Virus record (IMG/VR): IMGVR_UViG_3300037482_000223
Coordinates: 1 to 37,088 of that record
Source: a virus
Taxonomy: Duplodnaviria; Caudoviricetes
Reading direction: 5' to 3' (one strand)
Length of the DNA stretch: 37,088 bases
The notes beneath the pieces are model-generated. The model worked only from the letters and a program-made list of their open reading frames with translations. It did not search any database and was not told the DNA's origin. The position numbers were made by a program, and so were the translations under genes. This document shows positions 23,024 through 32,206 of this stretch, in pieces; the stretch's first letter is position 1; the number at the start of each line of letters is the position of its first letter.

Positions 23024-25197
23024 AGCGTTTCCATCCGTCGCAGCACCGAATGGATCGCCCCTACCAGTTGGGCGTCAGTGTTGGTGTTCCCCGACGATTG
23101 GATAGGGATGTTCCAGGTGTTGTTGGTGTTGCCCATCCCGGCGATCAGCCGTTGCACGTCAGCGTTCGAGACGACGAACCCGGAAGTGTCTGGGATCCAC
23201 AACTCGGGGCCTCGCTCCCCAAGAATGGCCGGCTGGCGAGCAGCGACACGACCGCCATGCTGGCGGAACTGGATATTCCCGACCTGGGCACCCTCTCCCG
23301 CCGCGATGGCGTCAATAGCCAACTTGCTGCCGCCGGTCTTGAAGAACACTGTGAGGTCGGCCCGGGCGCTGGTCCCGTCCAGGGTGTCCAACCGTTCCTG
23401 GACTATGGCTAGATCCTCAGCGGTCAAACCGAGTTGTTCGCCGAGCTGGAAGAAGGCTTGCTCCGTTCGACCCATCGTTTCTGGAAGAGCAGACGCCGAC
23501 GAGTTGGCCTCCTGCTGAGCTTCCAACAGTCCGAACAGGGCTTCCTCCACGTCACCGGTAGACGCCTCAGCATCATCGGCTACGTCTTTGTAATTGGCCA
23601 TGGCGTCAGCTAGGCGTTGCTGATCGCTGATGGCCCGAAAGACAGGGTCGGTAAGACGCCGGAAGGCTGTGTCATACGCTTCGATTGCCACCGCGGCATC
23701 CTGGATTGCAAGCACAGTCTCTTCAAAGGCGGACGCTAGATCTTCTTGAACATCCACTGCAACGCTGGCGGCAACACCGGTCCTTTGGAGATTGTTAGCC
23801 ACTGTGTTGACTCCACTCGACAACCCCTCGGCTGCTTCGTCTCCTTCGAACCATGATGCCCACAGTTCGTCAAATGCGTCCTTGAGGTCGAAAATGACAC
23901 CGCCGGGTAGCGATCTGAAGAGACGCGTAAACAGATCCCCTTGAAACGCACCCGATGACTCGACATCGTCACTGCTCTGCCCGAGATCGTTGAGGAGCCC
24001 GATGAGATCTGCTAATGGTTCTGCGACCACCAATACACTGTCAGCCACTGTGATCAGAACCGGTACTAGCCCTTCACCGAGAGCAATCTGAAGGTCGGTG
24101 ACTCTCCCCTTCAAGAGATCAAGTTTCCCCTGGAATGATTCCAACTGTTTGTTGGAGACATCTTGAGTGATTCCACCCATCTCACGGACGTTTGTCTCAT
24201 ACTCCCTGATGGCGTCCGAGGTGCCCAGTAGGACAGTGAGTGCAGAGATGGACTTGTCGGTAAACCCAAGGGTCGCCAGTTCAGCCTTCCTCTGAGCGTC
24301 TGACATTCCCCCAAGCCGATCTTCCAACTCTCCGATGATGTCAGCAAAAAGGCGGAATTCGCCTCGAGAGTCGAACACGGCGACACCGGCTCTCTCGAAA
24401 GCATCCACGTTGGCGAGGGCACTCGTCTGAAGATCGCGCAGCACAATGGCGAATTGGGTGCCGGCCTCCTCACCCTTGACGCCCTGATCGGCAAAGGCCG
24501 CAAGAACTGCCACACCTTCCTCGATGTCGATACCGACCGACCGCATCGCAGCACCGGCCTTATTGGTTAACGCCTCCGAGAACTGCTCCACTGTGGCATT
24601 GGCGAGAATGTTGGCTCCAGTGAGAGCATCCGTTACCCGCGTTAGATTGGTGAGATTCTGCTGGGCATCGTCAACAGTGAGACCCAGCGCCGATTGTGCG
24701 TCAGTCGCTAGATCCGTTGCCCGCGCCATATCGAACATGCCCGCCTGAGCGAACGCAGCAACTTGCGGCATCGCGGCTATGGCTTGTTCAGCGTCTAAAC
24801 CTGCCGACGCGAGGAAGAAATACGCTTCCGCCGCGTCCTCCGCGGCGATCCGGGTAGTCTTGCCCACCTCCCTGGCCGCGTCGGACATGTCCTCCCGCAA
24901 TGTCTCGGAGACATTGCCCATGATGGCTATGGACTGGTTCATAGCATCATCGAACCCGAGGAAGGCCTGAACAGAATCCTTCCCGAACTTGGTGACCGCT
25001 CCCACCGCGATCCCGGCAACCGCGAATTTGGCAGTGGTCGCCAGGCCGCTCATCTGCTTGTCAAGTTTCCCGGTGGCGACCCCAGTGGTCTTAGCTGACT
25101 GGCCTATCTGATTCGTTGACGTCGCTGCCTGCCTGGCCGCCTGGTTGTACTGCTGAGCGTCCATCCTGAGCTGGACGAGCAATTGCTCAACTGGCAT
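23020..25197 (-). CDS. Tape measure protein (TP901-family core)
   Basis: FDDAMNQ…LASAGLDAEQ…QGVKGEEAGT; C-terminal GG.V…GERGPEL. Confidence 0.95.
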   Translation of the reverse strand: MPVEQLLVQLRMDAQQYNQAARQAATSTNQIGQSAKTTGVATGKLDKQMSGLATTAKFAVAGIAVGAVTKFGKDSVQAFLGFDDAMNQSIAIMGNVSETLREDMSDAAREVGKTTRIAAEDAAEAYFFLASAGLDAEQAIAAMPQVAAFAQAGMFDMARATDLATDAQSALGLTVDDAQQNLTNLTRVTDALTGANILANATVEQFSEALTNKAGAAMRSVGIDIEEGVAVLAAFADQGVKGEEAGTQFAIVLRDLQTSALANVDAFERAGVAVFDSRGEFRLFADIIGELEDRLGGMSDAQRKAELATLGFTDKSISALTVLLGTSDAIREYETNVREMGGITQDVSNKQLESFQGKLDLLKGRVTDLQIALGEGLVPVLITVADSVLVVAEPLADLIGLLNDLGQSSDDVESSGAFQGDLFTRLFRSLPGGVIFDLKDAFDELWASWFEGDEAAEGLSSGVNTVANNLQRTGVAASVAVDVQEDLASAFEETVLAIQDAAVAIEAYDTAFRRLTDPVFRAISDQQRLADAMANYKDVADDAEASTGDVEEALFGLLEAQQEANSSASALPETMGRTEQAFFQLGEQLGLTAEDLAIVQERLDTLDGTSARADLTVFFKTGGSKLAIDAIAAGEGAQVGNIQFRQHGGRVAARQPAILGERGPELWIPDTSGFVVSNADVQRLIAGMGNTNNTWNIPIQSSGNTNTDAQLVGAIHSVLRRMETL

Positions 25198-25481
25198 TAC
25201 TCATCTTCTCCTCTCGCCGGGAACCACCCGAATGTCAACCCATGCTGATCCTCTGATCGAGCCCGGTTCTGCTCCCGAACCTTCTCCGCGTAGGGCTCCA
25301 TCTCCGCGCACACCGGGCAGATTCGGTAGCCCGGCTCGAGGCCAGCCAGCTCTTCTTTGTCCCACGGCCAATGCCCACAGGTGTTCCGGGTGCGTTCCTC
25401 AGCCAAGAACATGTCGACGACATCACGGTCGTCGGGCAGCCATTCGGGCTCGCCCGGTTCCACGACGCGGCCCAAGAACAC
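25197..25481 (-). CDS. Tail assembly chaperone, frameshifted second ORF (gpT-like)
   Basis: Lies between TAC and TMP; its frame is open back to about 25590, overlapping the TAC end in -1; CGH…CPVC. Confidence 0.75.
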   Translation of the reverse strand: MFLGRVVEPGEPEWLPDDRDVVDMFLAEERTRNTCGHWPWDKEELAGLEPGYRICPVCAEMEPYAEKVREQNRARSEDQHGLTFGWFPARGEDE

Positions 25482-25501
25482 TGAATAGGGGATGTGCCCT
25501 T

Positions 25502-26083
25502 CTACTGCGTAGGTGACACGGGATCGGAAGCCGGCGTCTTTGCGGAACCGATCCCTAAGGTAGGGAGGGTTGTGACTCCCTTGTTGGTCTTATCCCAGAC
25601 CAGTATCCACAGTCGTGTCCAAATCGCATCCGACCAGTCCCCCGATTCATACATCTCCACCCATTCATCAACGGATGCTTCAGGTTCGATCACCGATTTG
25701 GCGAAGAGGTATGGGAGGATCGTGTCGTAATTGAATCGCGGTGGGTCGATCACGATCAGAGGATTGTTCTTATCCTGGGTCTTCCATTCCTCCAATTGTT
25801 CGGACGTCGGAGGGTGTTCATTGAACAAATCCTCAAGTTCGTATCGTGGGATGGCTTGACATACAAAAGAGACCGCTGCCTCACGAGCGGCGGTCTCAGC
25901 CTCATCTATGCGTTTCTGTAATTCGGGTAGCTTCGAGCCGAGCCCCTGATCCAGACGGGCCTCCATCTTTCTCTGCGCGATATGTTCGGCTCTCGCCTCT
26001 TCAAGCTCGATACGAAGCGTGTCGTCGAGAATAAAGTCCTCGCTGTTTCGACGAGGTTTGTACCCGAGATCCTTGAGGCTCAC
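25502..26083 (-). CDS. Tail assembly chaperone (gpG-like)
   Basis: Follows the major tail gene; EHPPT motif. Confidence 0.8.
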   Translation of the reverse strand: MSLKDLGYKPRRNSEDFILDDTLRIELEEARAEHIAQRKMEARLDQGLGSKLPELQKRIDEAETAAREAAVSFVCQAIPRYELEDLFNEHPPTSEQLEEWKTQDKNNPLIVIDPPRFNYDTILPYLFAKSVIEPEASVDEWVEMYESGDWSDAIWTRLWILVWDKTNKGVTTLPTLGIGSAKTPASDPVSPTQ

Positions 26084-26568
26084 GTCAGGACAAGATCGCG
26101 AATGACCGTGTCGAGGATTTCCATCGGAACCGACATCCGCCGTGGGTCACCACGAGGTGTGTCTACATCCGATTTGGTACCCACCGACACCGCAGCCGCG
26201 TCACACTTGTCACCGATCGCCGGTGTCCCATGGTCGCCAGCAGCGATGTTGCCACCTTCAAACTTGACCAGCCAGTAAGGCGTGTCGTCATCGAGGGCTG
26301 GGATTGCCACCGCGCCCGTCTTCCGACGGAACGCTTCGACGGTGAGACTGTCCAATGTCAGGGTGCCGGGTTCATTGTTGTCCTGTCGAGATGCGATTAC
26401 CGATGTGTCCATCCGGTTGGTGGTGCCGGCAAAGTTCAACGGTGCTGGCAAGTCGGCGTGGATCGCCACCCCGGCGTTGACCGCCGCGGCCGTAATCGCC
26501 GTCGGCCAACCAGCCGGTTCGGTTGCCAGGACATAGACGCTCTGCTCAAAGCCTCCTGGGGTTGCCAT
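26080..26568 (-). CDS. Major tail (tube) protein
   Basis: Position after the tail terminator; actinophage tube-like PTAITAAAVNAG…PG. Confidence 0.8.
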   Translation of the reverse strand: MATPGGFEQSVYVLATEPAGWPTAITAAAVNAGVAIHADLPAPLNFAGTTNRMDTSVIASRQDNNEPGTLTLDSLTVEAFRRKTGAVAIPALDDDTPYWLVKFEGGNIAAGDHGTPAIGDKCDAAAVSVGTKSDVDTPRGDPRRMSVPMEILDTVIRDLVLT

Positions 26569-26723
26569 TATTCGTTCTCCTCAGTCTCAGGCTGGGCCTT
26601 CTTCGACGCCAGCTTCCATCCGCGGGCCTTCCACACCTGCTCGAAGCTCTGCTCCGAGACGAGGACAGGGGCCTCTTTCGTGTGTTCGAGGTCCGGGTGG
26701 ACCATCGCCACTTGTTTGCTCAT
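26568..26723 (-). CDS. Small neck/tail gene (51 aa, MSKQVAMVHPDL…WKARGWKL)
   Basis: Translated by hand; AGGAG RBS; TAATG coupling to the major tail gene. Confidence 0.75.
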   Translation of the reverse strand: MSKQVAMVHPDLEHTKEAPVLVSEQSFEQVWKARGWKLASKKAQPETEENE

Positions 26724-26730
26724 CGTTCTC

Positions 26731-27126
26731 CTAGCTCACATAGACAAGGAACCGGTCGGTCGAGTAGAAGACTGGGCCGTCGTCGTCCCTCAGCACCCCC
26801 GACCCAAAGTCGAGCTCGATTGGCCCGGTGTCCCAGCCTGTCACGACCGGCTGGTGGCCAAGCAGGGCGGTACGCACGTCGAACTGCAACTCCTGCGCGG
26901 CGTCCATGCTCGCTCCGACACAGGTCACCTGGAACAGTTGGCGGCTGATCTGGTTCGGATCGGAGAGTGACCCTTGGGTGTCCCGATCGGGTAGTGGATA
27001 GAGGACCGAGTAGGGCGGTGAGGCGTTGGGTGGCCTGACCGCGTCGCCGACAGGCTTCGATGTCTGCGAGGAGATACGGGCGGCGAGCGCGTTGTAAAGG
27101 GGTCGTGGCGCGTGGATCGTGGTCAT
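26731..27126 (-). CDS. Tail terminator (DUF3168/gp17-like)
   Basis: PYSVLYP…FQVTCVG…A; synteny. Confidence 0.85.
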   Translation of the reverse strand: MTTIHAPRPLYNALAARISSQTSKPVGDAVRPPNASPPYSVLYPLPDRDTQGSLSDPNQISRQLFQVTCVGASMDAAQELQFDVRTALLGHQPVVTGWDTGPIELDFGSGVLRDDDGPVFYSTDRFLVYVS

Positions 27127-27437
27127 GTCAACTGGCGGATGACCCGGCGCCCAGCATCTTCGGCGGCAGGACGGACGAGACGGTTCACCGTAGGGCCAAC
27201 GAAGGGCTGCGGGGCAGTATCTGATGTTCCATACTCGACGAAGCCGCCGTAAGGAGCACCGACCTCGACGCCATCTCCGGTCTCACGAATCGAGTCTCGG
27301 AGCGCCCCGGTGTCGACCGGTGCATTGCGCCGCATCTCGTCGGCCACCTTCCGAGACCATTCAGCCTTCCACGGCTCCTCGACGACCGGGGAGTTGAGCC
27401 GGGCGGCGAACCGGGTTACCTGGGATGCGTCAATCAT
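27123..27437 (-). CDS. HK97 gp10-like neck protein
   Basis: APVDTGALRDSI…YGGFVEYGTS…PQPF. Confidence 0.92.
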   Translation of the reverse strand: MIDASQVTRFAARLNSPVVEEPWKAEWSRKVADEMRRNAPVDTGALRDSIRETGDGVEVGAPYGGFVEYGTSDTAPQPFVGPTVNRLVRPAAEDAGRRVIRQLT

Positions 27438-27822
27438 CGGTGACCACCTTGGTCTCGTAGCGGCGATGGGTCAGGTAAGAGTCGGTGAACCCTCTGAGCA
27501 CGGTCAGCGTCGGGATGTCAGGGTCGAGCGTCGACGTAACCACCACCTCGTCACGCTCTTTGAGCTCGGCGGCATCGAAGGGAAGATGCAGGTCGTAGTC
27601 AACCTCCTGTCGACGGTCCTCTCCGAACTCGGTCTCGGAGGCGCTGGCCGGTCTCGCCAGACATTCCCCGGAGTAGGGGTTCGACGTCGGATACTCGGTT
27701 TCCCCAGTCGTCTCGTTGAAGGTGGGCATCGAGAAGTCGTAGCGGGTGACCACGCAGGAGTCGACGAACCGGGTCGCCCACTCGGTACGGAAGAAGGCGA
27801 CCGTCGAAGAAGCGACGCTCAT
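27430..27822 (-). CDS. Head-tail stopper (DUF6093-like)
   Basis: DSCVVTR…TG…YSGEC…DPD; synteny. Confidence 0.8.
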   Translation of the reverse strand: MSVASSTVAFFRTEWATRFVDSCVVTRYDFSMPTFNETTGETEYPTSNPYSGECLARPASASETEFGEDRRQEVDYDLHLPFDAAELKERDEVVVTSTLDPDIPTLTVLRGFTDSYLTHRRYETKVVTDD

Positions 27823-28469
27823 GCGAATCCCAGCGGGATGCTCCGGTAACGTCCCAACTGGGCGATCTCATGCTCTTCTAAGTAGACGAAAGCGGTGAGC
27901 CCGCCACCAGCGAAAGACTCTCCGCTACCGGTGGCATAGGTGACGGTGTCCGACCCGGATAGGCTCACCGACTGGACGGCTCCAGCCGAACCTGCAGGAA
28001 TAGCCGCCGAAGCCGCTCCCTTACGGAACGCCCGGGCCACCACCTCAGCGCACATCGACCCGAGATGCTCGAGGGCGATGTCATGCAGGTCGTCAGTGCC
28101 AGCCAGGTACCCGCCTTCGTAGACCACTTCGATCGACTGAGGCTTGTACGCCTTCCAGAGGATCTGGGATCCAGTGGTGCTGGTGCGGATCACCTTGCCG
28201 TTCGGGTACCATTTGAAGTCGGTGACAGCGAGCACCACAGCATCCTCAGTAACGGTCGTGACTTCGGTGACTGGCCAGGTCCGAAGGAAGAGGGCCACCC
28301 GGCCGCCGTCGAACGTGTCGGTGCGGGTGCCCGACTCGAGAGGCCGTCCCACATGGGATTCGATGAGTGCCTGAGCGTCGGCGATCAGCGCAGTAACCGT
28401 GGCGTCGGGTTCAGCGGAGATATCCCATTGAAGCTTCTGTTCGACGTCGAGCTGGGTGCAAAGGGCCAT
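27819..28469 (-). CDS. Head-tail adaptor (gp6/gp15-like)
   Basis: LCT..DV…LI..A…IESHVGR…PVTEVTTV…IEVVYEGGY. Confidence 0.85.
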   Translation of the reverse strand: MALCTQLDVEQKLQWDISAEPDATVTALIADAQALIESHVGRPLESGTRTDTFDGGRVALFLRTWPVTEVTTVTEDAVVLAVTDFKWYPNGKVIRTSTTGSQILWKAYKPQSIEVVYEGGYLAGTDDLHDIALEHLGSMCAEVVARAFRKGAASAAIPAGSAGAVQSVSLSGSDTVTYATGSGESFAGGGLTAFVYLEEHEIAQLGRYRSIPLGFA

Positions 28470-28478
28470 CTCTCTCCT

Positions 28479-30239
28479 TTACCAGGGTGGCGGGTCGTTA
28501 GGGCCGAGCGGCGAATACGCCACACCCGCCGACGTGTAGGCGACGGGGGCGGGAGCCCAGAAGGTGAGAGCGGTCCTCGTCCCGCTCGCGGTCGATGTCT
28601 GATCTTCTTGGGTGACCGTGGCCGACCCGGTGAACGTGGGCAGGGAGAACGTGCCCATGCCCAAACCGGTTTGGGCGTCCTGGAAGGCTGCAAGCGTACC
28701 GGTGAAGGCGGGAGCGGTGAACGATCCTGAAGCGGCCGCAGTGTCGTCTTGCTGAGTCGGAGCGGCGGACCCGGTTACCGGGCCAGGAGTGAACGTGCCC
28801 GAAGCCGTCGACGTGTCGTCTTCTTGGATTGGTGAGCCGACACCGACTTTGGCGTCTGAGGTGAACGTGCCGGTCGCCGACCCCGTGTCGGATTGTTGGG
28901 TGACGGCTGCGCTACCGGTGAACGTTCCCGAAGTGAACGTGCCGGAGGCGGTCGAGGTTTGATCCGCCTGGGTCGGGATGCCGGAACCGGTGACGGTCGG
29001 GGCGACGAACGTACCCGACGCTGTTGAAGTGTTGTCGTCTTGTGTGGCGGCAGCAGACCCTGTGAGAGTCGGATTCGTGAACGTGCCGGTCGCAGTTGAA
29101 GTGTCGTCGGCTTGAGTTGGGGAGCCACTGCCGGTGAACGACCCAGCGACGATGATCTGGACGACTTCTGATCCGGACGTCCAGGTTCCCGACCAGCCGA
29201 ACACCTGGTAGTCGTAGTCGTTTTCAGCCGGCCCGACGTCAGTGTACAGGTTGGGAACCGTGCGAGCCAGCGGTGTGTCAACGTCGGGATCGAATACTGC
29301 ACCGGTCTGGGGTGTGCGGCGGAACACCGCGTAGTCCCAGCGGACCCCCGACGCTGTCGACGTGTCGGCTTGCTGTGTTGGGCTTGCGGTTCCGGTGAAC
29401 GTCGGCGGGGTGAAGGCGCCGGAGGCTGTCGAAGTGTCCGCGGCCTGTGTAGGGCTTGCCGACCCGGTGAAGACGGGAGCGGTGAAAGATCCCGAGGCGG
29501 TGGAGGTGTCGTCTTCTTCTACTGCGACAGCGGATCCGGTGAGGGTCGGATTGGTGAAGGTGCCCGACGCTATGGAAGTATCCGCTTCTTGGGTCGAACT
29601 GGCTGAGCCGATGAACGTCGGGGGAGTGAACGTACCCGACACTGCACTCGTGTCGTCTTCTTGAGTAGGAGAGGCAGAGCCAGTGAACGTCGGGGGGGCA
29701 GCCTCCCCATCCCAGATCGACCTGCCAGGGTCAGCACCAGGATCATCAACTTCGATAGTGATGGTCTGGTTGCCGTGTCCTCCGGTAGCTGTACGTTGAG
29801 CAGCAATCAAACACTCGAAACGGTCGAGAGTGGCACCTGCTGCTGAGTCCCATGCACCAGTAGTAGCGACTTTCAGCCCTGTTCCAGAAAACGCTGATTC
29901 AATTTGGGCACGGGTGTCTAAATCAGAGGTAAGGCCATTACCAACCCGAGCAAAATGCCCTGCCGACCCCCCAAGAGTGAGCAGGCCATACACCATGTCG
30001 GCACCGGCTGCGGTGCAGTCGATGACACACTGGAAATCGCCAGACTCCCAATCAGCACTACCGGGTTCCCCCGAAACCGTATTGAATAAGTAGGCGAGAG
30101 TATCAGCACCATCAGCATGGTTAGCTGAAACCAAAGTGGTAACCGACGAACCTTGGGTTAGAGACTGCTCAACCTCATGAGTGGCCGCATGAACCGAACT
30201 GGCGAGAGTGGTTGAACGGTGGTAGTAGGTTTTCGCCAT
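28479..30239 (-). CDS. Thr/Ser-rich fibre protein with 13 copies of a 24 aa repeat
   Basis: FTGSASPTQxDDTSTASGTFTxPT repeated 5 + 8 times. Confidence 0.85.
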   Translation of the reverse strand: MAKTYYHRSTTLASSVHAATHEVEQSLTQGSSVTTLVSANHADGADTLAYLFNTVSGEPGSADWESGDFQCVIDCTAAGADMVYGLLTLGGSAGHFARVGNGLTSDLDTRAQIESAFSGTGLKVATTGAWDSAAGATLDRFECLIAAQRTATGGHGNQTITIEVDDPGADPGRSIWDGEAAPPTFTGSASPTQEDDTSAVSGTFTPPTFIGSASSTQEADTSIASGTFTNPTLTGSAVAVEEDDTSTASGSFTAPVFTGSASPTQAADTSTASGAFTPPTFTGTASPTQQADTSTASGVRWDYAVFRRTPQTGAVFDPDVDTPLARTVPNLYTDVGPAENDYDYQVFGWSGTWTSGSEVVQIIVAGSFTGSGSPTQADDTSTATGTFTNPTLTGSAAATQDDNTSTASGTFVAPTVTGSGIPTQADQTSTASGTFTSGTFTGSAAVTQQSDTGSATGTFTSDAKVGVGSPIQEDDTSTASGTFTPGPVTGSAAPTQQDDTAAASGSFTAPAFTGTLAAFQDAQTGLGMGTFSLPTFTGSATVTQEDQTSTASGTRTALTFWAPAPVAYTSAGVAYSPLGPNDPPPW

Positions 30240-30800
30240 TTACCCGACCACCCGACCGTCAACAACGTTCCCTTCGGGTACCCCTTCAGTCCATTCCCTC
30301 CACCCCTTTAAACTTCGCTCTTCAACGGTGCTAGCAAAGTCAACATCAGACATCCAAATTCCGTGACGGACCAGTGACGAATCTGGTGGAACGAACTCGG
30401 CCCAAGGTTCCACAACTCTATCCGGTGAAGATTCGATTGACAGTCCCGACCCGACGTAGACCACCTGGCTCTGTCTGGTGTTATACAGCCCTCCCACCGT
30501 CTCGTCGGGGGCCAAGGTGAGGAACGTCCACTCAGCGGCATAGAACTCAGTCTCTGCCCGGTCGGTCAGATCATCGTTCCAGACTGTCACCTTGGCTCCG
30601 TCAGGAATGTCTTCCACCGCATAATGGTCGGCCTCGAAAGACACCCCTTGAACGTTGATGGCGTTGACCCAGCCAGGCGTCGAGTCGGCACCGACTTCCA
30701 AATTAGGCAAAACACGGAAAGGTAAGGAAGCCCAATCTACCGAGTCAATTTCCTGCCAATCGGAGGGTGGGACTGTTGCCCATTGATAGAGAATCTTCAT
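30240..30800 (-). CDS. Hypothetical Trp/acidic virion-module protein (186 aa)
   Basis: TAATG coupling upstream; its stop abuts the next ATG. Confidence 0.75.
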   Translation of the reverse strand: MKILYQWATVPPSDWQEIDSVDWASLPFRVLPNLEVGADSTPGWVNAINVQGVSFEADHYAVEDIPDGAKVTVWNDDLTDRAETEFYAAEWTFLTLAPDETVGGLYNTRQSQVVYVGSGLSIESSPDRVVEPWAEFVPPDSSLVRHGIWMSDVDFASTVEERSLKGWREWTEGVPEGNVVDGRVVG

Positions 30801-32194
30801 TAGAAGCTGGCATCCCACGTCAGGTCGACATCCGCACCGGTTTGGACGGCAGCAAGGTTGGCCGGGTCGAAGCCGATCCCGTAGGTGGTGGCTATGTAAT
30901 CATCGAGGTTGGCTCGCTCGGTGGAGTCCAGGGCTTTGTGCCAGGAGGCAGCCAAGGCAACATCGCCACCGAAGTTGCCAGCAGTGATCTCGCCCATGTA
31001 AATGTCGTCGTAATCCAGCGTTCCGCCCTTGGCAGCCGTGGCTACCTGGACTCCGTTGTGGTAAAAGACCACATCGGCCCCGTCCCAGACGATGAGCAGA
31101 AAGGCATCTTGGGTGGTGTCCACTCCTGATGTGGCTAATTGGATGTCGCCAGCCTCCGTGGTCCTGACGAACGTTCCCCACTCCGACGCCGTCTCCCCCT
31201 CGGTAAAAGCAAATATCCAATCGAAGGCGGCTCCTTCGAGACCAAACGGCCAAGTGCGCGAGGTTCCCTCGGCGGTAGCTCGACACACGACTGCTATTGA
31301 GACTTCCGTCAGACCAGAAGCAATGAAGGTTTCGTCTCTGCGGCGAAAATCGTCTACCCCGTCGAAACGATAGACCGCGTGACCGTTCAACTCATTGGTT
31401 TCCCAGGTAGGCTGGGTGCCGCCGATATTGAGATGCCAGCCATTACCAGACTGGTCGGTGACGACAGCAACCGGATCGCCATCGACTAGCCCAGTGTGGT
31501 CTTTAGCTTCGTAGCGATTTGCGAGACTTGCGGTGGGAAAACCGGTGAACGTGCCGCTCGCGGTGGGTGTGTCGTCGGCTTGGGTGGGTGAGGCCGTCCC
31601 GGTGAACGACGCAGCCCCGAGGTCTCCACCCTCGAAGTCGTCGATGGTGTTGGTATGCGAGACGAGCAGGCCGGTTCGTAGCTGCCCGCTGAACGTGGTA
31701 TCGGTGGTAGGGCCGACCACGGACACGTTGTTAGCGAAGCCTTCCAACTGGTCGCCGTTGACATCTAAGCGGAGAACGACACCGTTCCCGGGAGCGGCTG
31801 CATCGACCGAGGCGATCTGGGCGAGCGTGCCGTTGGTGACTTTGAAGAGCCGGTAGGTGGAAGTGGTGGTGTTGCGTACCAGGAAGAGATACCCGGAGTC
31901 CGCCGCCGGATCGAAACGGACTATGATCCCAACAGTGTTGGTGGTCCCGGCCCAGGTGACCACCGTGACCTCCGCGGAATGGTCGTCGGAGGCCAGGTCC
32001 GATTCAGCTCGGTAACGCAGGTTGTTGACGCTGGAGGTGCCTACGGCGGTGTCGGAGGCTTCTAGGACCGTAATATTTTGGCCGGCACTTCCGAAGGTTT
32101 TGGTCCACGAGTGCCCGCCGTTCGGCCCGGTTGCCGTGTGGTCCTGGAGAAGCGTGTTGGTGGCTTCAACGAACGTGTCGCCGATCGTCGCCAT
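30800..32194 (-). CDS. Two-domain lectin/LamG-like fibre protein
   Basis: ConA-like N-terminal domain, one 24 aa repeat, then WxDQSGNG-type LamG domain (TDQSGNG…NGH…FDGVDD). Confidence 0.8.
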   Translation of the reverse strand: MATIGDTFVEATNTLLQDHTATGPNGGHSWTKTFGSAGQNITVLEASDTAVGTSSVNNLRYRAESDLASDDHSAEVTVVTWAGTTNTVGIIVRFDPAADSGYLFLVRNTTTSTYRLFKVTNGTLAQIASVDAAAPGNGVVLRLDVNGDQLEGFANNVSVVGPTTDTTFSGQLRTGLLVSHTNTIDDFEGGDLGAASFTGTASPTQADDTPTASGTFTGFPTASLANRYEAKDHTGLVDGDPVAVVTDQSGNGWHLNIGGTQPTWETNELNGHAVYRFDGVDDFRRRDETFIASGLTEVSIAVVCRATAEGTSRTWPFGLEGAAFDWIFAFTEGETASEWGTFVRTTEAGDIQLATSGVDTTQDAFLLIVWDGADVVFYHNGVQVATAAKGGTLDYDDIYMGEITAGNFGGDVALAASWHKALDSTERANLDDYIATTYGIGFDPANLAAVQTGADVDLTWDASF

Positions 32195-32206
32195 CAGACC
32201 ACCCCC

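Noticed and set aside
28479-30239. Diversity-generating retroelement or DNA-level repeat array
   Set aside because: No reverse transcriptase in the genome; the repeats are protein-level with diverged codons and no evident adenine-specific variation
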